Of a stretch of 64,000 nt of DNA, positions 57,586 to 64,000 are shown one piece after another (the stretch's first letter is position 1; each line of letters opens with the position of its first letter). The notes beneath the pieces were generated by a model that saw nothing but the letters and a program-made list of their open reading frames with translations, did not search any database and had not been told where the DNA came from. Both the position numbers and the translations under genes were made by a program. Source of the DNA: the human T2T-CHM13v2.0 reference genome, Homo sapiens; NCBI RefSeq assembly GCF_009914755.1, contig NC_060940.1; one strand, written 5' to 3'.

Positions 57586-60500
57586 TCAACGATGATTTGA
57601 TTCGTGTCCATTCGATGATTCCATTTGATTCCACTTGATGATGATTCCATTCGAGTCCATTTGATGATTCCATTCAATTCCATACTCCGATGATTTCTTT
57701 TGAGCCCACTCAATGCTTCCACTCGATTCCATATGATGATGACTCCATTCGATGAAATTCGATGATGATTCCATTCGCTTGCTTTCGATGATGATTCCAC
57801 TTGAGTCCGTTAGAAGATTCTATTCAATTACATTCCAGGACGATTCCGTTCGAGTCCATTTGATGATTCCATTAGACTCCATTCGACGATGATTCCATTC
57901 GATGTTATTCGATGATTCCATTCGATCTCATTCGATGATGATTCCATTCAACTCCATTCGATGTTTCCATTCGAGTTCATTCTATTATTCCATTAGATTC
58001 CATTCGATGATGATTCCATTCGATTCCATTTGATGATTGCATTCTATTTCATTTGATGATGATTCCATTCGAGTCCACTCGATGATTCCATTCGAGTCCA
58101 TTTAATGAATCCATTGGTTTCAATTCTATGATGATTACACTGGATTCCATTCGTTGATGATTTCATTCGGTTCCATTCCATGATGATTCCATTCCTTTCC
58201 ATTCAATGATTCCATTCGATTCCGTTTGATGATGATTTCATTCGAGTCCATTTGATGATTCCATTTGATTTCTTTCGATGATGATTCCATTCGAGTCCAT
58301 TCGATGATTCTATTCGAATCCATTTGATGATTTCTTTTGATTATATTTGGTGATGATTCCATTGGAGTCCATTCAATGATTCCATTCTATTCCAATCGAT
58401 GATGATTCCATTAGAGTCCAGTTAATGATTCCATTTGATTCCAGTCTCTGATGATTACATTCGAGTCCATACGATGATTCCACTCAATTCCATATGATGA
58501 TGATTCCATTTGATTCCATTCGGTGATTCCATTCTATTCTATTCAATGGTGATTCCATTCGAGTACATTAGATGATTCCATTCGATTCCATTCAATGATG
58601 ATTCTATTTGTGTCCCTTAGATGATTCCACATGATTCCATTAGATGATGATACTATTTGAGCCCATCCAATGATTCCCTTCGATTCCATTCGATGAGGAT
58701 TCCATTCGATTCAATTCATTGGTGATTCTATTCAATTCAATTCTTTGATTCCATTCCATTCCATTCGACAATGATTCCATTCGATTTCTTTCGATGATTC
58801 CACTCGATTCCACTTGACATTGATTCCATTCGATTCCATTCAATGATTCCATTTGATTCCAGTGGATGATGATTGCCATCGATTCCATTCGATCACTCCA
58901 TTCTATTCCATTTGATGATGATTACATTCGATTCCATTTGATGATTCCATCTGATTCTATTCGAGGATTCCATTTGATTCCATTCGATGATGATTCCATT
59001 CGAGTCCATTCGATGATTTCATTCGAGTACATCCAATGATTCCATTCGAGTCCATTAGATGATTCCATTTGATTCCATTTGAAAATGATTCTACTAGAGT
59101 CCATTCAATGACTCCATTCGAGTCCATTCAACAATTCCATTCGACTCCATTCGATGATTCCATTCGATTCCATTTGATGGTTCCATTCGAGTCCATTTAA
59201 TCATTACAGTCGAGTCCATTTGGTGATTCCACTGGATTTCTTTTGATAATGATACCATTCAATTACATTTGATGATGATCCCATTCAATTTCATTTGATG
59301 ATGATTCCATTAGAGTCCATTCGATGATTTCATTCGAGTCCCTTCATTGATTCCATCCGATTTCATTGGATGATGACTCCATTCGAGTCCATTCGATGAT
59401 TCCACTCGATTCCATTAGATGACTCCATTGGAGTCCATTTGATTGTTCCATTCGATTCCATTTGATTCCTTTCGAAGATTATTCCATTTGAGTCCATTCG
59501 ATGATGATTCCATTCCATTCCATTCCATGATTCCGTTTGATTCCATTCGATGATTCCCTTCGATTCCTTTCTTTGATGATTCCATTCCATTCCATTCAAT
59601 GATTCCATTCGAATCTATTCCATGATGATTCCTTTCGATTCCATTCGCTGATGTTTCCGTTCAATTCCATTCGATGATGATTCCATTCGATTCCATTCAT
59701 TGAGGATTCCATTTGATTCCATTCAATGATGATTCCGTTCTATTCCATTCAATGATTGCATTCAATTCCATTCAATGATTATCCCATTAGAGTAAACTCA
59801 ACGATTCCATTCAATATCATTCGATGATGATTCCTTTTGAGTCCATTCAATGATTTCATTCAAGTCCATTTGATGATTCCTTTCAATTCCATTCTATGAT
59901 GATTCCATTCGAGTCCATTCGATGATTCCATTCGATTGCATTCGATGATTCCATTATATTCCATTCAACGATGATTCCATTCGAGTCCATTCCATGATTC
60001 CATTAGAGTACATTTAATGATTGCTTTGTTTTCAATTCGAAGATGATTACATTGGATTCCATTCTATGATACCATTCGATTCCATTCAATGATGATTCCA
60101 CTCAAATCCATTGGATGATTCCATTCGTGTCCATTCGGTGATTTCATTAGATTCCATTCGAGGATGATTCCATTCGATTCCATTCGATGATGATTCCATT
60201 CCAGTCCATATGATCATTCCATTTGATTTCATTCGATGATGATTCCATTCGATTCCATTCGACGATTTCATTCTATTCCATTCAATGATGATTCCATTCG
60301 AGTCCATTCGATGATTCCATTCGAGTCCATTTAATGATTCCATTGGGTTCAATTCAATGATGATTACATTGGATTCCGTTCTATGATTCCATTCAATTCC
60401 GTTCATTGACAATTTGATTCCATTCGATGATGATTCCATTTGAGTTCATTCGATGATTCTATTCGATTCTCTTCGATGGTGATTCAATTCTATTATATTG

Positions 60501-63300
60501 GATGATTCCATTCGATTCCATTTGATGTTGATTCAATTCGATTCTATTCGATGATGATTCCATTGGATTTCACTTGATGATTCTATTCGATTCCATTCAA
60601 TGATGATTCACTTCTCGTCCATTGGATGATTCCATTTCATTCCATTCGATGATGATTCCATTCGATTCCATTCGATGATTCCATTTGATTCCATGCGACG
60701 GTGAGCAATTCGATTCAATTCCATGATGATTCTATTTGATTCAATTAGATGATGTTTCCATTCGAATCCATTCCATGATTATTCCATTGGAATCCATTCG
60801 GCGATGATTCCATATGAGTCAATTCAATGATGATTCCATATGGGTCCGTTCGATGATAATTCCATTTGATTTCATTCGATGCTTCTATTCTATTCCAGTC
60901 GATGATGATTCCGTTGGAGTCCATACGATGATTCCATTTGATTTCATTTGATGATGATTCCATTCGATGATGATTACATTGGATTCCATTCTATGATTCC
61001 ATTCAATTCCATTCGTTGATGATTCGATTCCATTCAATGATGATTCCATTTGAGTTCATTCGATGATTCTATTCGATTCCGTTCGATGGTGATTCAATTC
61101 TATTATATTGGATGATTCCACTCGATTCCATTTGATGATTATTCCATTGGAGTCCACTTAGTGAATCCTTTAGATTCTACTCGACGATGATTCCATTCGA
61201 GTCCATTCGATGATACCATTCAATTCCATTCGTTGATGCTTCCATTCAAGTGCATTCGATGATATCATTCGATTCCATTTGATGATAATTCCATTTGATT
61301 CCATGCGATGATTCTATTCGATTCCATTCAATGATAATTCCATTCAATTCAGTGATTCCTCTGGACTCCATTTGATGATGATTCCATTCAATGATTCCAT
61401 TCGATTCTATTCGAAAATGATTCCATTTGAATCCATTTGATGATGATTCCATTAGATTCCATTTGATGATTCCATTCGATTCCATTCGACGATGATTCCA
61501 TTCGATTCCGTTTGATGATTCCATTCTATTCTATTCGATGATGATTCCATTCGATTCCATTCGATGATGATTGGATTCGATTCCATTTGATGATTTCATT
61601 TGATTCCATTCGTTAATGATTTCGATCAATTCCATTCGATGATTCCATTCGATTCCATTCGATAATGATTACATCCGAGTCCATTCGATGATTCCCTTTG
61701 AGCCTGTTCGATAATTCCATTTGAGTCCAACCAATGATTCCATTCATTTCCATTCAATGATTCCATTCGAGTCCATTTGATCATTCCGGTAGGGTCCATT
61801 CGATGTTGATTCCATTGGAGTGCATTCGATGATTCCATTCGAGTCCATTTTAGGATTTGATTCGAGTCCTTTCGATGATTCCATTCGATTCCACTCGATG
61901 ATGATTTCATTCGAGTCCATTCGACACTTCCAATCGATTCCATTTGATGATTCCATTCGAGTCCAATTGATGATTCCATTCAATTCCATTCGATGATGAT
62001 TCCGTACGATTCCATTCTGTGATGATTCCATGTGATTGCATTCAATGATGATTCCTTTCGATTGCATTCGATTATGATTCATTTCGTGTTCATTCTATGG
62101 TTCCACAGGTTTCCATTCGTGTCCATTCCATTATTCCATTCTATTCCATTTGATGATGATTCCATTCGATTCCATTCATTGGTGATTCCACTCAATTCCA
62201 TTCAATGATTCCATTCCATTTCTTTCAACAATGATTCCATTACTTTCTAATCGATGATCCACTTGATTCCATTTGACGACGATTCCATTCTTGTCCATTC
62301 GATGATTCCATTTGATTCCATATGATGATGATTCCATTCGATTCCATACCATGATGATTCCATTCGAGTCCATTCAATGGTGATTCCATTCAATTCCATT
62401 CGATGATTCCTTTTGATTCCATTCGATGATGATGGCATTCGATTCCTTTCAATCATTCCCTTTGATTCCATTCAAAGGTGATTTCATTCAAGTCCATTCG
62501 ATAATTGCATTCGATTCCATTCTATGATGATTCCATTCGAGTCCATTTGATGATTCCATTCAATTCAAGTCAATGATGATTCCATTCGATTCCATTCGAT
62601 GATTCCATTGGATTCCATTCGATGATGATTCCATTCAAATCCATTCGATAATTCAATTCAAGTCCATTCGATGATGATTCCAATCGAATCCATTCAAAGA
62701 TTCCATTCAGTTCCATTCGATGATTCCCTTAGATTCCATTCGATGATTCCACTTGATTGCATTTACGATGATTCCATTCGATTCCATGTGATGATTCCAT
62801 TCAATTCTATTCAATGATGTCTCCATTTGATTCCATTCGACCATGATTGCCTTTGATTCCATTCAATGATTCCATTCGGTTCCGTTTGATGATGATTCCG
62901 TTCGATTCCATTTGATGATTCCATTTGATTCCATTGGATGAGTCCATTCGATTACATTCGATGATTATTCCATTCGAGTGCATTAGATGATTCCATTCGA
63001 GTCCATTCGATGATTCCATTCGATTCCATTCGATGTTGATTCTGTTCAAATCCATTCGATGATTCCACTCGATTCCATTCGTTGACTCCATTTGATCCCA
63101 TTCGATGATTTCCTTTGATTCCCTTTGATGATCATTCCATTTGATTCAATTCGGTGATTTCATTTGATTCCATTCAGTGATGTTTCCATTCGACTCCATT
63201 CGATGATGATTCCATTCGACTCCATTCGATTATGATTTCATTCAATTCCATTCGATAATGATTCCCTTCGAGTCCATTCGATGATTCCATTCGATTCCAT
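57586..63300 (+). repeat. Unit U11, 5,715 bp (374 bp deletion ~58178; 23 bp deletion ~60185)
   Basis: 6112-374-23 = 5715, matching the landmark spacing 57586 -> 63301. Confidence 0.9.
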
Positions 63301-64000
63301 TCAACGATGATTTGATTCGTGTCCATTCGATGATTCCATTTGATTCCACTTGATGATGATTCCATTCGAGTCCATTTGATGATTCCATTCAATTCCATAC
63401 TCCGATGATTTCTTTTGAGCCCACTCAATGCTTCCACTCGATTCCATATGATGATGACTCCATTCGATGAAATTCGATGATGATTCCATTCGCTTGCTTT
63501 CGATGATGATTCCACTTGAGTCCGTTAGAAGATTCTATTCAATTACATTCCAGGACGATTCCGTTCGAGTCCATTTGATGATTCCATTAGACTCCATTCG
63601 ACGATGATTCCATTCGATGTTATTCGATGATTCCATTCGATCTCATTCGATGATGATTCCATTCAACTCCATTCGATGTTTCCATTCGAGTTCATTCTAT
63701 TATTCCATTAGATTCCATTCGATGATGATTCCATTCGATTCCATTTGATGATTGCATTCTATTTCATTTGATGATGATTCCATTCGAGTCCACTCGATGA
63801 TTCCATTCGAGTCCATTTAATGAATCCATTGGTTTCAATTCTATGATGATTACACTGGATTCCATTCGTTGATGATTTCATTCGGTTCCATTCCATGATG
63901 ATTCCATTCCTTTCCATTCAATGATTCCATTCGATTCCGTTTGATGATGATTTCATTCGAGTCCATTTGATGATTCCATTTGATTTCTTTCGATGATGAT
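63301..64000 (+). repeat. Partial unit U12 (374 bp-deletion type), truncated by the window end
   Basis: Landmark at 63301; deletion junction ~63893; shares 'tacactgg' and 'gatttctttcg' variants with U11. Confidence 0.88.

Larger units (their letters stand above)
1..64000 (+). repeat. Human satellite 2 (HSat2/HSATII) array with ~6.1 kb nested tandem repeat, probably HSat2B of chr16q11.2
   Basis: Continuous degenerate CATTCGATTC / CATTCGATGATG / CATTCGAGTC motifs, diagnostic of HSat2 rather than the (CATTC)n-dominated HSat3, run end to end with no non-satellite interruption and no inversion. Landmark ORFs recur at 6,112 bp (11->6123; 33824->39936). The chromosome assignment is inferred from the period and is less certain than the family call. 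Confidence 0.97.

Noticed and set aside
11-63515. Well over 100 short minus-strand ORFs (60-132 aa; MESSNGIEWNH-like)
   Set aside because: These are low-complexity translations of the GAATG strand, where ATG is abundant and stops are scarce; the + strand is closed by TGATGA. They overlap in multiple frames, recur with the unit, and are freely broken by indels and stops between copies. There is no evidence of coding function.
1-64000. CRISPR-like or other repeat-spacer array
   Set aside because: There is no constant repeat separated by unique spacers and no cas or other genes. All variation is degeneracy of a single satellite motif.
1-64000. HSat3 (e.g. DYZ1) or alpha-satellite identity
   Set aside because: Pure (CATTC)n runs are short (about 3 copies), CATTCGATTC/GATGAT dominate, the period is 6.1 kb rather than 3.6 kb, and there is no 171 bp monomer.
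1-64000. Strand inversion within the array
   Set aside because: I saw no GAATG-rich stretch on the + strand, and all ORF artefacts fall on one strand, so orientation is uniform.

Overview
The entire 64 kb window is classical satellite DNA: human satellite 2 (HSat2/HSATII). It is built from degenerate CCATTCGATT / CCATTCGATGATT / CCATTCGATGATGATT (10/13/16 bp) modules, all in one orientation with CATTC on the + strand. The modules form a nested tandem repeat with a full-length unit of 6,112 bp. About 11 copies are present: 6112, 6040, 6011, 4003, 5909, 5738, 6112, 5738, 5738, 6174 and 5715 bp, plus a partial copy. A ~6.1 kb period fits the HSat2B array of human chr16 pericentromeric heterochromatin (16q11.2); this assignment is from memory, not alignment. 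I see no genes, RNA genes, transposons or CRISPR arrays, and all listed ORFs are translation artefacts of the GAATG strand. I found no new gene-based system. What is interesting is array evolution: (i) a ~1.8 kb divergent single-copy HSat2 segment at ~18.25-20.06 kb, inside a ~12 kb island of apparently older units; (ii) a 374 bp deletion with two different junctions; (iii) a very recent 5,738 bp tandem duplication; (iv) an incipient ~11.9 kb two-unit higher-order pattern; and (v) older sub-duplications inside the 6.1 kb unit. Unit lengths and indel sizes come from offsets between homologous ORFs in the supplied track, checked by eye against the sequence. Breakpoints are approximate.
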